Assembly (NCBI GenBank): GCA_038087875.1
Contig: JAXLNO010000081.1
Span: forward strand, 124,001-188,000
DNA length: 64,000 bases
From: Malacoraja senta
Lineage: Eukaryota
Direction of reading: 5' to 3'
Below the pieces are notes generated by a model. It saw only the letters and a list, made by a program, of their open reading frames with translations, did not search any database and was not told the origin of the DNA. The position numbers were made by a program, and so were the translations under genes. This document shows positions 13,601 through 26,600 of this stretch, in pieces; position 1 is the stretch's first letter; each line of letters starts with the position of its first letter.

Positions 13601-16600
13601 AGTTGTGTAGTCAAGATAGCTATGGAATTCAGTAGGTTTGTTTTAGATGTCGGTCAATAGTCTGTTTCATGTGATGGAGACGGTGAGATCTAGAAACGGT
13701 AGGGAGATGCCGGAGATGGTCCAAGTGAATTTGAATACAGGATGGAAATTAGTGGTGAAGTTGATGAAGTCAGTGAGTTCTGCGGGGGTGCAGGAGGTAG
13801 CAACAATGCAGTAGTCAATGTAGCGGAGGTAGAGTTCAGGGATAGGGCCAGTGTACGCCTGGAACATGGATTGTTTGACGTACAATAAACTCAACTCAAC
13901 TGAACTAAACTCAGATTCTCAACTGCATTAACCACAACACAACTGCACTCAACTCATCTCAACTGCACTAAATTCAACTAAACTGCACTAAACTCAACTG
14001 CACCAAAAATCACTGCACCAAACACAACACAATTTGATGCACTAAACTCAAATAAACTGCATTCAACTCACCTCAACTGAACTGCACTAAACTCAACTGC
14101 ACTAAACTCAACTGCACTAAACCGAACTCAACTCAGCTGCACTAAACCCATCTCAACTCGACTGCAGTAAACTCAACATAAATGCACTCTACTGAACTCA
14201 ATTGCATTCAACTCACCTGCAATAAACTGAAAACAACTCAACTGCACCTAACTCAACTGCACTAAACTCAACTAATTTGCACTCACCTCAATAGCACACA
14301 ACTCAACTGCACTCAATTCATATCAATTCAACTGCACTAAACTTAACTTTACTAAACTCAACTGAACTCACCTCAACTGCATTAAACTCCACTCGACTGC
14401 TCTAAACACTACTCAATTGCACTAAACTCAACTCAACTGCACTCTACTCATCCCAACCATACTCAACTCAACTAAACTCAACAGCACCTAACTGAACTGC
14501 ACTCGACTCAACTGCACTCTACTTAACTCAACTGCACTCTACTTAACTCAACTGCACTCTACTTAACTCAACTGCACTAAACCCAACTCAACCGCACTCA
14601 ATTCATCTCAATTGCACTAAACTCAACTCAACTGCACGAAGCACAACTCAACTGCACTAAACTCAATTGCACCCAACTCAACTACACTCAACTGTACTGA
14701 ACATAACTCAACTCAATTGCATTAAACTCAACTGCACTAAATTCAACTCCACTCAACTGTACTAAACTCAACTGCGCTAAACTCAACTCAACATTCACAG
14801 TGCTTAACCCTGGGATTCCTGCTTCATTCACTACAATTTCCTGTACCATGCTCCTCCCACTGATGGAGGTCGTTGACATGAAAAATTAACCCTGGTCCTC
14901 TGGTCTTCTGCGTCATTCCAACATTGACTGTCACCAGTCCTTCAGGGTTTTGGGAATAAAATGAAAAATTGATTGAACCAAAATAAATTTACCGTAGCTA
15001 CCGTGGTTATCGTATCCAAATGACATTCGTGTGGGAGAAACAGACTGGTGTGAATAATGTTTGCAGGAATTAATTCAGAAATTAACGTTTCAACTTGGTT
15101 GGATGCAGTTTATTTTCTTAGTTATGGAATCTTGGGGTAAGATGGATGCTCATTCTCTCAGCGAGTCACTGATCTAACCCAGCTGTTTCCTAATGTTTTA
15201 GCTGATCCTTGAATTAAAGGGCACGTTGAATTATATTGAGCATAATTATAATACAGAATGTTGGTGGGTTATTGAATCAATATAGCATGTCCAAAGTGCA
15301 GCACCTCAGGTAGCATCTGTGGAGAAAGAAATAGCTTAACAGGGTCTGTCCTTAGATTGGACTCTTTATCGTGTATCTTGTGCACTGTGGGCGGCTAAGA
15401 TTGTAATCATGTGTAGTCTTTTCGTTGACAGGAGAGCAGGCAGCAAAAACAACTTTTTTCACTGTACCTGTAATAAACTAAACTAAACCATCCCAATATT
15501 AAAACACATCCCATAGTCTGGAAGTTATGATGTAGCTTTACAGGACTTTATATTAGTTTCAGTTTACTTCAGATATACAGCATGGAAATAGGCCCTTCGT
15601 TCCACTAAGTCCACACCGACCATCAATCACCCGGTCACACTAGTTCTATGTTACCTCACTTTCGTATCCACTCCCTACACAGTGGAGATAATTTACAGAA
15701 GCCAATTAACCTACAAACCTGCATGTCTTTGCAGTGTGGATGGAAACCGGAGCACCAGAAGAATACCCACGCAGTCACAGCGATAATGTGCAAACTTTGT
15801 GCAGACTGCACCTGTAGTCAGGATCGAACCAGGGTCCCTGGCACTCTCGGACCTTCACTCTACCTTTGTGCCAATGTGCCGCCCTTAATTAGGCCGGTAC
15901 CGGGAGTATTACCCGCAGTTCTGGTCATCATTATACAAGGCATTGGAGAGGGCAGACAGTCAGAATCTTTTTTTTCTAGGATGGAAATATTGAATACTAG
16001 AGGTCATAACTTTTACAGGCCCTTCGGCCCACCCAGTCCATGCCGACCAATGATCACCCATACCAGTCATTGAAAGTAGGCATGCAGGTGCAGCAGGCAG
16101 TGAAGAAAGCGAATGTTATGTTAGCATTCATAGCAAAAGGATTTGAGTGTAGGAGCAGGGAGGTTCTACTGTAGTTGTACGGGGTCCTGGAGTATTGCGT
16201 ACAGTTTTGGTCTCCTAATCTGAGGAAGGACATTCTTGCCATAGAGGGAGTACAGAGAAGGTTCACCAGACAGATTTCTGGGATATCAGGACTTTCATAT
16301 GAAGAAAGACTGGATAGACTCGGCTTTTACTCGCTAGAATTTAGAAGGGGGGATCTTATAGAAACTTACAAAATTCTTAAGAGGGTTGGACAGGCTAGAT
16401 GCAGGAAGATTGTTCCCGATGTTGGGGAACTCCAGAACAAGGGGGTCACAGTTTCAGAATAAAGGGGAAATCTTTTAGGACTGAGATGAGAAAAACATTT
16501 TTTACACAGAGAGTGGTGAATCTCTGGAATTCTCTGCCACAGAAATTAGTTGAGGCCAGTTCATTGGCTATATTTAAGAGGGAGTTAGATGTGGCCCTTG

Positions 16601-17620
16601 TGGCTAAAGGGATCAGGGGGTAAGGAGAGAAAGCAGATACAGGACACTGAGTTGGATGATCAGCCATGATCATATTAAATGGCGGTGCAGGCTCAAAGGG
16701 CCGAATGGCCTACTCCTGCGCCTATTGTCTATGTTTCTATGTTTCTATACACTAACACTATGGACAATTTACAGTTTTACCGAAGCCAATTAACAAACAA
16801 ACCTGCACGTCTTTGGATTGTGAGAGGAAACCGGAGCAGCCGGAGAAACCCACACAGTCACAAGGAGAATATACAAACTACGAACAGACAGTACCCGAGA
16901 TCAGGATCGAACCCGGGTTTCTGGTGCTGTCAGGCAGTAACTCTATCGCTGCGCCACTGTGCCGCCACATGAAAAGAGAAGCAAAATATTTACCACAGCC
17001 ATCGGGTCCGTACGCGTGGTACCAGCCGTACCCGCCAGGCCCGCCGTGTCCGCCATGTCCATGGTGTCCACCGTACCCATTGTAGCTGCTGTACCCGTTA
17101 TGCCCGCCGACCCTGGGCCAGTATCCTGTGGGAGCAACAGACAGGCATGGATATTGTTTGCAGAAACAATTCAGAAATAATTGTCACTCTGTCGGTGTGT
17201 GTTCTTCATTTTACTGGCAAATCTTGTGTTAATGTGTAGGAAGCAACTGCAGATGTTGGTTAAACCGAAGATAGACACAAAAAGCTGGAGCAACTCAGCG
17301 GGTCAGGCTCTATCACCAGAGAAAATGAATAGGTGACGTTTTCGGATCGAGACTGTGAGTCAGGGGAAAGGGAACAGGCCGTCCGGCCCGACTTGCCCTT
17401 GATGACCAAGCTGTCCCATCTACGCTAGTCCCGGCATTTGGCCCAATAAAGATCTGCCAATCAGTTCCTGATCTGTTCCAGACAGCAGCTAATATTTTAC
17501 TGGACGTTGAGCTACAGGGCGGCACAGTGACAGAACTGGCAGAGCTGCTGCCTCACAGTGCCGGAGACCCGGTTCGATCCTGATCTCGGATGGTGTGTGC
17601 GTGTGGGGGTGGGGGTGGGG

Positions 17621-17686
<66 letters not shown>

Positions 17687-20600
17687 TCATGGGCAGATTC
17701 ATGGGTAATTTTCGGCCCCATTTCCGTAACCGGCTTCCGCCTCCGCACCAAAGTTCCCATAGCGGGCAAAGATATTAATGCGGAGACGGAAGCCGGTTAC
17801 GGAAACACCTTCGTAAAAATAAAAGTTATTTGGGAAAAATCTTCTCATTTTCAGAATTATAAATTATTAACACAAACTGTACCCCCGCAATGCTGATTAC
17901 ACAGCGAGTTGGGTCGGGTTACTGAAATGGATGAAAAAAAGGCCTACGTTCCGCTCCGTGGCGTACTACACGTCAGCTCATTGCATTTAGGAGTGGTCTA
18001 TCTTGCTTGCTATAGGATCTTTGCTGTGTGGTGTCTGGGTGCTCCGGTTTCCTCCCACATCCTAAAGGCGTGCAGGTTTGTAGGTTCATTGGCCTCTGTA
18101 ATTTGCCTCAAGTGTGTAGGGAGTGGATGCGAAAGTGGCATAATGCAGAACCGGTGTGACCAGGTGATCGATGGTCAGCGTGAGCTCGGTGGGCCAAAGG
18201 GTCCGTTTCAATGCTGTATTTCTTAATTAAACTAAAAGGGATGGAGAGAGAAATTTGCTGTTTGTCAAAACTATATTAGCAGAGAATCGCTATCCTTATA
18301 TATTTCTGCGAAGGAATATTAAATGAGATGTTACAAGTTAATGTTTGGATATTACCAAATACACAAGCATGGAATAACAATTGTACTCGCTGAAGTTTAG
18401 AAGAATAAGGGAGGAACTCATTGAAACTCATTGAATAGTGAAAGGTCTGGATAGGGTGATGTGGAGAGGATGTTTCCACTGGTGGGAGAGTCTAGGACCA
18501 GAGGCCGCAGCCTCAGAATCAAAGGACGTACCTTTAAAAATGAGATCAGGAGGACTTTCTTTAGTCAGAGATGGGTGGTGAAGTCTCCGCTCATGCTTCT
18601 AAACTCCAGCCAGTAGAGGCCAAGCGCCGTCAAACGATTATCATACGTTATCCCAATCATTCCTGGGATCGGTCTGACCCTCTTAACTATGACCCGAAAC
18701 GTCACCTATCCATGTAGTTCAGTGATACAGCCTGACCCGCGAAGTTACTCCAGCACTTTGTGTCCTTTTGTGTAAACCAGCATCTGCACTTCCTTGATTC
18801 TACAATTTTATAACACTTTACTTGGCTTAAACTATGGCTCTGGATGTGGAGAGACTTTGTCGACTGACAATATTGTTTCAGTTGAGAATCTCTGTCGTTA
18901 ATTCTTCCTGTAAAACCATACTATATGTGAAGCAAAATATGGTGTTTAAATAGAACAATATTACCGAACACTGACGCAGATAATTTGGATTGTTGACAAT
19001 AAATTATTCCAGGGACATTTATTCCCAGCTGTTATTAGGCAATATTGCAACCAGAAAGTTGTCTTGAACTACTATTGGACTATCTTTGATCGGACTTTAC
19101 TGGCTTTACCTTGCACTAAATATTATTCCTTTAACATATATCTGTACACTGCGAATGGTTCGATTGTAATCATGTATTGTCTTTCCGCTGGCTGGTTAGC
19201 ACGCTACAAAAGCTTTTCACTGTACCTCGGTACACGTGACAATAAACTAAACTGAACTGAGGGAGTCCCTGACCTCCCATCCACCTCATTAGAGACTTTT
19301 AATCTATCTATAATTGGACATTATCTTGCGATAAACATGTACTCTTTATCGTGTATCTGCACACTGTGGATGGCTTGATTGTTATCAGGTATAGTTTTTT
19401 TTTCGCTGACTGTATAACACGCCTCAAAATGCTTTTAACTTTAACTTGGTACAGGTGATGATAATTAGTTCATAAGTTATAGGAGCAGAATTGCGCCATT
19501 CGGCCCATCAAGTCTACCCCGCCATTCAATCATATACTGCAATTTCCCGTTTTGCCAAACACTTAAACTCCCCTTCCCATTCCCACACTGACCTTTCTGT
19601 CCTGGGCCTCCTCCACTGTCAGAGTGAGGCCAAACGCACATTGGAGGAACAGCACGTCATATTTTGCTTGGGCAGTGGAATGAATATTGATTTTACTTCG
19701 GAGTCACGTGAGTGACCACGTGAAGAAGACCCCGTCCAGCCGCATGCGCGTCATTACGTCAGACGCAAGGTGCAGCGACCGGTCGGAGGAACAGCGCTCC
19801 TCCAGCGGTAAGTTTAAAAACCTCAAGGTAAGTGCGCAGCTTAGTCGGAGGTCGCTTTCTTGTGGAAGGCTTGTTTTTTCAGATCAAGTTGAACATGGAG
19901 AAAGCGTCAAAGGTGAAGGCGAGGCGAGCCGCTGGTAAAACCATGGAAGACCGCGGGAGTGCGACTGGCTGGCGCCCGCCCAGTTCACCTGTTCAGTCGT
20001 TGGCAGGGAGGCCAGCGACTGCAGACACGTTGCCTTTGAGCACCGTCGCCGCGCCGTTGGGGCGTAAGGCCACTGCAAAGTCTGCAAGGCCCATGGACTC
20101 GGGTGAGTCGGGCCAGCAGGGTTCCCCTCCACAAAGGGATGCCGTTCTTGCACGGTTATCTCAAATAGAGCTCCTAATCGAGAGGATGCTCCATCAGGAT
20201 ACACTCCGAGAGGAGGAGTGGTGTCCGCGCCGGCCCACGAGAGAGCCCACGCCAGCAGCGCCTGAAATAGGGCTGCTCAATCGCTCAATCTTGGAGGAGG
20301 AGAGTTTGACGGGTCAGTTTTATTCTGACGCCGAATCGGTGGGTGAGCAGAGCCCAAGGGGTGAAGGGCATGAGCCCGAAATACCATGTCTGGCAGCAAG
20401 ATTTGCCATCCATAGAGAGTCAGGGGAGCCGTTGGATGAGGAATTGGCAACAACTATAAATTATTTACTCTCCCATCAGCTGCAAGAGCTGACCATGGAC
20501 GATACAGCGAAAAGATATGAAACCCCGGTTAATTGTGTCCTACTGAAAGTACCGGCGGTTAACCATGTAATATGGGGCCATATGGGTGTTGGTATTCGGG

Positions 20601-23600
20601 CACAAGAATTAAAGCTCCAGCGGGTGCTGAAGTTGCTTGCCGCAGGCATTACTGCATTCGCCAGATCGGTGAATCACAGCAGGATGCCTTAGCCCTCATG
20701 TGCAGTGCACATTACTAAATAAACTGTTTGCTGAAAAGTGCCATACGCCCTACTATCCACCCTAAATTTGCAGCGCTGTGTAAGCCCAGCAATATTCAAC
20801 CGCCAAATCTGCTGTTTGGGGAGGACCTCGCAAAGAGAGTGAAGGAGCTCGACGACGAGGCTAAAACAGTGGGGTTAATTAAAGCACCGATGTTCAGCAG
20901 AACGGTTCGGAGGCAGTTCCCATACCTACGGGGTGCAATGACCGGGGCCGATGAAGGAACTAGCCGGTCATTTCCGAATATGCGCAGCTGGCGCACTGGT
21001 ACTGGGACACGAGCAAACGTGAATTTTCCCACCAGGAACCGGGGGCAACAAATTCCACCGGTAACCATGGAGGTAGGTGGGTCTGGTCCTGATAGGTATA
21101 TATTAAGTGAAAAACACCTACAAGTTGGGGGGATATTACACTTGTTTCTAAAAGAATGGTATGAGATAACATCAGATCCATTTGTACTGTGCAGTATAGA
21201 AGGTTTTCGAATTTAAATATATCCCAATTTGTGTCCACCCACTCAGCATGTTCCAAGCTGGACACTCATTTTCTCACAGAAAGAGAATATGGAGATACAG
21301 GCAGATCTTGAAAATGTATGCAAAAAAGGGGTAATTGAGAAGTCGGCTCACCAACTCCACCAATTTGTGTCAAATATTTTTCCTACGTCAAAAAAGGATG
21401 GAGGATGTAGAATCATCCTCGAGCTGACGAGTCTTAACCCTTTGTAGAGTATAAACATTTCAAAATGGAAGCTTTTGCTACTGCGAAACAACTGCTTTCC
21501 AGAAGATGTTATATGGCAAGCATAGATCTTAAGGATGTATATTACTCAGTGTCTGTTCATTGCGATGATAGGAGATATTTGAGATTTAGCTGGATGAGTC
21601 AATTATGGCAATTCAAAGCACTGCCTAATGGATTAACCTCAGCTGCTAGATTGTTTACCAAATTGTTAAAACCAGTCCTGGGGCTACTTCGATCTCAGGG
21701 TCATATTGTAATTGCCTATTTGGACGATATTTTAATAGTAGGAAAGACTCGGGACACAGCTGACTCATCCATTTCAGTTGTTAAGCTCACTTTTCAGAAA
21801 TTGGGGTTCATCAAACATCCAGCTAAGTCCAAATTAACACCAGTCAGAGTTATTGATTATTTGGGTTTCACTATTAACTCATATCACATGTTAGTGACTC
21901 TGCCCAGGGACAAAAGGCTGCAGTTAATTGAAGGCTGTATCAAGCTCATTGAAGAGCAACGACCTTCAATTAGACAGGTGGCCAGCTTGATTGGCAAATT
22001 AGTGGCTCCTTTTCCAGCTGTACAGTTTGGACCTCTGCATTACCAACAATTACAACGAGCAAAGGAACAGGCACTGAGGACACATTCAGGTCATTATGAC
22101 AGGCCCATGGAATTACCAGCTGCAGCCATTCCTGAAGTGCAATGGTGGATCATGAATGTCTCAAGTTGTTCCAGCAAAATTCTGGTTGACCCACCTTCCA
22201 GTGTCTTACAGACTGATGTCAGTGCTCTAGGCTGGGGCGCTACTTATACTATTTCCAGCTGTGGAGGCAGATGGAATATGCATGAGGCACCTCTTCTGCA
22301 ATCACGAGTGATTAATTATTTAGAGCTTTTGGGAACATTTTATGGGCTTAAAGCTTATTGCTCTACTAAGTGTCACTTGCATGTTCAGTTTCAGATTGAC
22401 AACACTACATCAGTGGCGTATGTTAATCATATAGGTGGAATCAAGTCGGAATCTTGTGATAGATTGGCGAATCTGATTTGGAGCTGGTGTATTACCAGAG
22501 ACATTTGGCTTTCAGCAATGTACCTACCAGGTAGATTCAACATAGTGGCAGACACAAGGTCACGCAAATTCAATGACAACACAGAATGGATGTTGAATCA
22601 TGAGATATTTAACGATGTTGTTGCTCGGTTTGGGATGACAGATATCGATTTGTTTGCATCCAGACTAAACCACCAGTTACCAAAATATGTTTCATGGGAA
22701 CCAGATCCGGGGGCAGCAGTTGTGGATGCATTCTCGCTGCATTGGGGAGGAATGTTTTTGTCTGTATTTCCTCCATTTTGCCTCATCAGTCGGTGTTTGC
22801 AAAAAATCAAGCAGGACTCCACCTCAGGAGTACCCTCTCGTTTTGCAGATAATCACACAGTCCTTTATGACTGTTCCCAAACATAGAAACCTACTGGTGC
22901 ACCCTGTAACTGGCGATCAACACCCTTTACCTGATCGTATTGATCTATTAATTTGCAGATACTAAGAAGGCAATACCTGGGGAAAGGACTATCCGATCGC
23001 ACCGTGGATGTTATTACTGTGGCCGGGAGGGATAGGACCCAAAAGTAGTACATCTCTTCTATAAGGAAATGGGAGGTGTTCTGCTTACGGCAGAATATTT
23101 CTTATCACACGGCAGGCATCCCAGACGTGCTGGAGTTCTTGTCAACTCTCTATTTCGATCAAAGGTTAAGCTATAGTGCGATCAATACAGCCAGAAGTGC
23201 CCTGTCTTCATACTTATGGATGGGATCAGAACAATATTCTGTGGGGTCACACCCTCTAGTCTCTAGGTCTATGAAGGGAATTTTTAATTCCAATCCTCCC
23301 AGGCCCAGGTATTCGGTAATCTGGAATGTAAGCGAAGTACTTATGCTCCTTCGTCAGTGGACTCCTGTCTCAGCCCTGTCTTTGGCCAAAGTCACCATTA
23401 AGGTAGTCATGCTCATGGCACTGGTTTCAGCCCAACGGGTGCAGACATTGCAGAAGCTGCGACTAGAGAGGATGGAGGTATCTGCAGATGCCAATACTTT
23501 TTACATCTCTGATCTACTCAAGCAGAGCAGACCAGGGGTGACAGGGTTTAAGATTATCTTTTCGGCATACACTACAGATTCACGCCTATGTGTGGTGTCA

Positions 23601-26600
23601 CACTTGTTATATTACATCAAGGGCACCAGAACTCTAAGAGGTGCGGAATCAGCATTGTTTTTTAGCCACAAAAAAACGCATAGTAAGGTATCGGTTCAGA
23701 CTATTTCAAGGTGGCTGAAGCAGGTTCTGGTTTATCCAGGTATTGACACTGACAATTGTAAACCTCATTCCCCCAGGGCGGCATCAACATCAGCAGCCAG
23801 AGCAATGGACGTCCCCATAGACCATATCCTCGCAGCCGCAGGATGGTCAAGTGAATTGATGTTTCAAAAATATTATCATAAACCGATTGCCGAACCAGGG
23901 GTATTTGCCCATTCTGTTTTGTGTTCAGTTTTATAGTTTCCCCCTGGGACAGAAGGGGTTGCTATTGTTTTCTTTATAAAAATAAACTGTTAATACATTT
24001 AAATCAATGTTATGGTTTAATGCATTGTCGATTATTTACTCATTCTGAGTCAATCGATGCCGTGAGACGCCTGGATTTGAATCTAAGGCATGAAATCACA
24101 GAGCTTTGAAATCTTCATGTAGTCACTCTCGTGACTCCGAAGTAAAATAGTAAGATTAAACGAGAACTTACCAGTTTGAAGTTTGATCTTTATTATACAA
24201 AGGAGTTACGTTGGTGAGTACGTGCCCTTCACTCCCAACCCTCTCTCACAAAGGTCATCTGGTAGTTCTAGGTTTCTGGTCTTACTATTATACTTCAATT
24301 ACTATTACCTGTGATTTCACACCGCTGCTTTGAAGACTGACGTGCATGCGGCTGGACGGGGTCTTCTTCACGTACTCACCAGCGTAACTCCTCATAAAAT
24401 AAAGATAAAACTTCAAACTGGTAAGTTCTCGTTTAATCTTACAATTTTTCTGACCAAGTAATCCTTGCATCCCCTCTCTCTCTGTCCTTCTCCATCCTAG
24501 TCATTGTACTAGTTTCACTGCCATCCTGTTCAGTTACCCTGTCTGTATAACTGGTTATCACCTACCCCACAGTCAACAATGGATCATTGTAGGCTCCACC
24601 TTTTATTGATCATCATTGCTTTTTGCTTATGTTTCATTAATTTGTTCGATGTAGCTTCTATATCTCTCGTTTCCTTTCCCCTGAATCTCATTCTGAAGTA
24701 GGGTCTCGACCATAAACGTCACCTATTCCTTTTCTCCAGAGATGCTGCCTGACCTGCTGAATTACTCCAGCCTTTTGTGACCATCTTTGGCGCAAACCAG
24801 CATTTCCAGTTCCTTCCTACATATCTGTCTGTTCAGTCTCACTGAAGAAAGACCAGCTCATCAGGTTGATCAACACTGAAGAGTTCTGGATCTCAGCTGC
24901 TCTCATTGGCCTGAGCTACAGGACGATGTTGGGCAGACTGGGACTTTATTCCTTGGACCACAGGAAGCTGAGGGTTTGCCTTATCGAAGCATATTAATTC
25001 AAGAGATGAATAAATAGGGCGAATCAGTCTTTTACCCAGAGCAGGGGAATCAAGAACCAGAAGACAGGTTTATGGTGAGAGAGGGGACAAATTTAATGGG
25101 ATGCTGAGGGGCAACTGTCTCACGCACAGGCAGGTGGGTATATGGAATGAGCTATCGGAGGAGGTAGATGAGGCAGATAATATAACTAGAATTAAAAGCA
25201 ATTGGACAGGTTGTGCAGGCAGGAACTGCAGATCCTGGTTTGCACCGAAGATAGACACAAAATGCTGGTGAAATTCTGCAGGTCAGGCACCATACCCGGA
25301 GAAAAAGTATAGGTGAGGTTTCGAGTTGAGACCCTACTTCCGACGTCTGAAGAAGGGTCTCGACCCAAAATGTCACCTATTCATTTTCTCCAGTGCCATG
25401 TGTATAGGTACATGGATAGGAAAGGTTGAAAGGGATAAGGGCCAAAAGTGGGAGATGGCACTAGCATAGATGGGACATTTTGCTGGCACGGGCACCTTGG
25501 GTAAAGAGCCTGTTTCAATGTTCTGCGACTATGACTCTAACAGAGGAACATAGGAATGAAGAAGACATCATAATCTTTGGACTCAACAATGATCTGACTC
25601 CCCATCCATGCTGGTCATGGCAAAGCTTAGAATTAAGTTGTTACAAGCTAATTTTGTTTCGCTCCTCAATGTTTGATGCTTGATGCAAATGTGCCACACT
25701 TGAACTTAACCATTGTCAAATAACCATCACAGTTACTGAATTGTACTGCACTGCAAAAACGAGGACCGGGCATTAATACTTGGCAACTAGGATGCCAGGG
25801 AACAAAGAAAGCTGCAAAAAGTTGTGGACACTTCCCGGTCCATCACGGGTACTGACCTCCCCATTGTCAAAGGGATGTACAGGAGTTGCTGCCTCAAAAA
25901 GGCAGCCAGTATCGTCAGAGACCCACACTCTCATTTCTCCCATGCCATCGGGAGGAACGTACAAAGAGCCAGAAAACTGTAATGGCCAGGTACAGGAACA
26001 GCCTCTTCCCTACAGCCATCAGGCTATTAAACACTATGTCCACCAAATAGGCTACGAATTATACAGACTTGGGGGCATTATTTTTGACTTTGCACTATTA
26101 ATTTTTGTTCAATTGCCCACTTGTTATATATATATGACCCATTGTTGTATACACACACTCACACATGTATATATATATATGTGTGAGTGTGTGTATACAA
26201 CAATGGGTCATTGTGGGTTCCACTCTTCCAGAAGTCATCTGTTGCTGGCCCTGATTTATTCTGGTCTTTTCTCGCCTCCAGTTTATTCCGCTCTGAAGAA
26301 GGGTTCTGACCCAAAACATAGATACATAGAAACATCGAAAATTGGTGCAGGAGTGGGTCATTTGGCCCTTCGAGCCAGCACCGCCATCCAATATGATCAT
26401 GGCTGATCATCCAAAATCAGTATCCCGTTCCTGCTTTCTCCCCATATCCCTTGATTCTGTTAGCACTAAGAGCTATATCTAACTCTCTCTTGAACACATC
26501 CCGAGAATTGGCCGCCACTGCCTTCTATGGTAGAGGACTCCACAGATTCACAACCCTCTGCGTGAAGATGTTTTTTTCTCATCTCAGTCCTAAATAGATT

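Noticed and set aside
9720..14790. CRISPR-like array or coding repeat (ORFs 12279-12479 and 14688-14879)
   Set aside because: Degenerate simple satellite with no unique spacers; eukaryotic context; the ORFs are low-complexity artefacts.
16813..17180. ORF-track frames over exon 5 (plus-strand Pro/Cys-rich PPGPPCPPCPWC, plus-strand Val/Pro/Ala frame, minus-strand Thr/Ala frame)
   Set aside because: Shadow frames. Splice signals are on the minus strand, and phase-1 joining gives the Gly/Tyr/His frame consistent with the other exons.
17517..17600. tRNA gene
   Set aside because: tRNA-derived SINE head with A/B-box remnants; no complete cloverleaf.
17512..17896. ORFs containing YIYIYI runs
   Set aside because: Translation of the (TA)n and (GT)n microsatellites.
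18965..18970. Candidate 6-nt micro-exon (cag|TGTTCG|gtaata)
   Set aside because: Frame-compatible, but the acceptor is weak and it is indistinguishable from chance without RNA data.
23076..23936. Phage integrase or bacterial contamination suggested by the tyrosine recombinase and DAM-like motifs
   Set aside because: Both are standard DIRS components and lie within DIRS termini.
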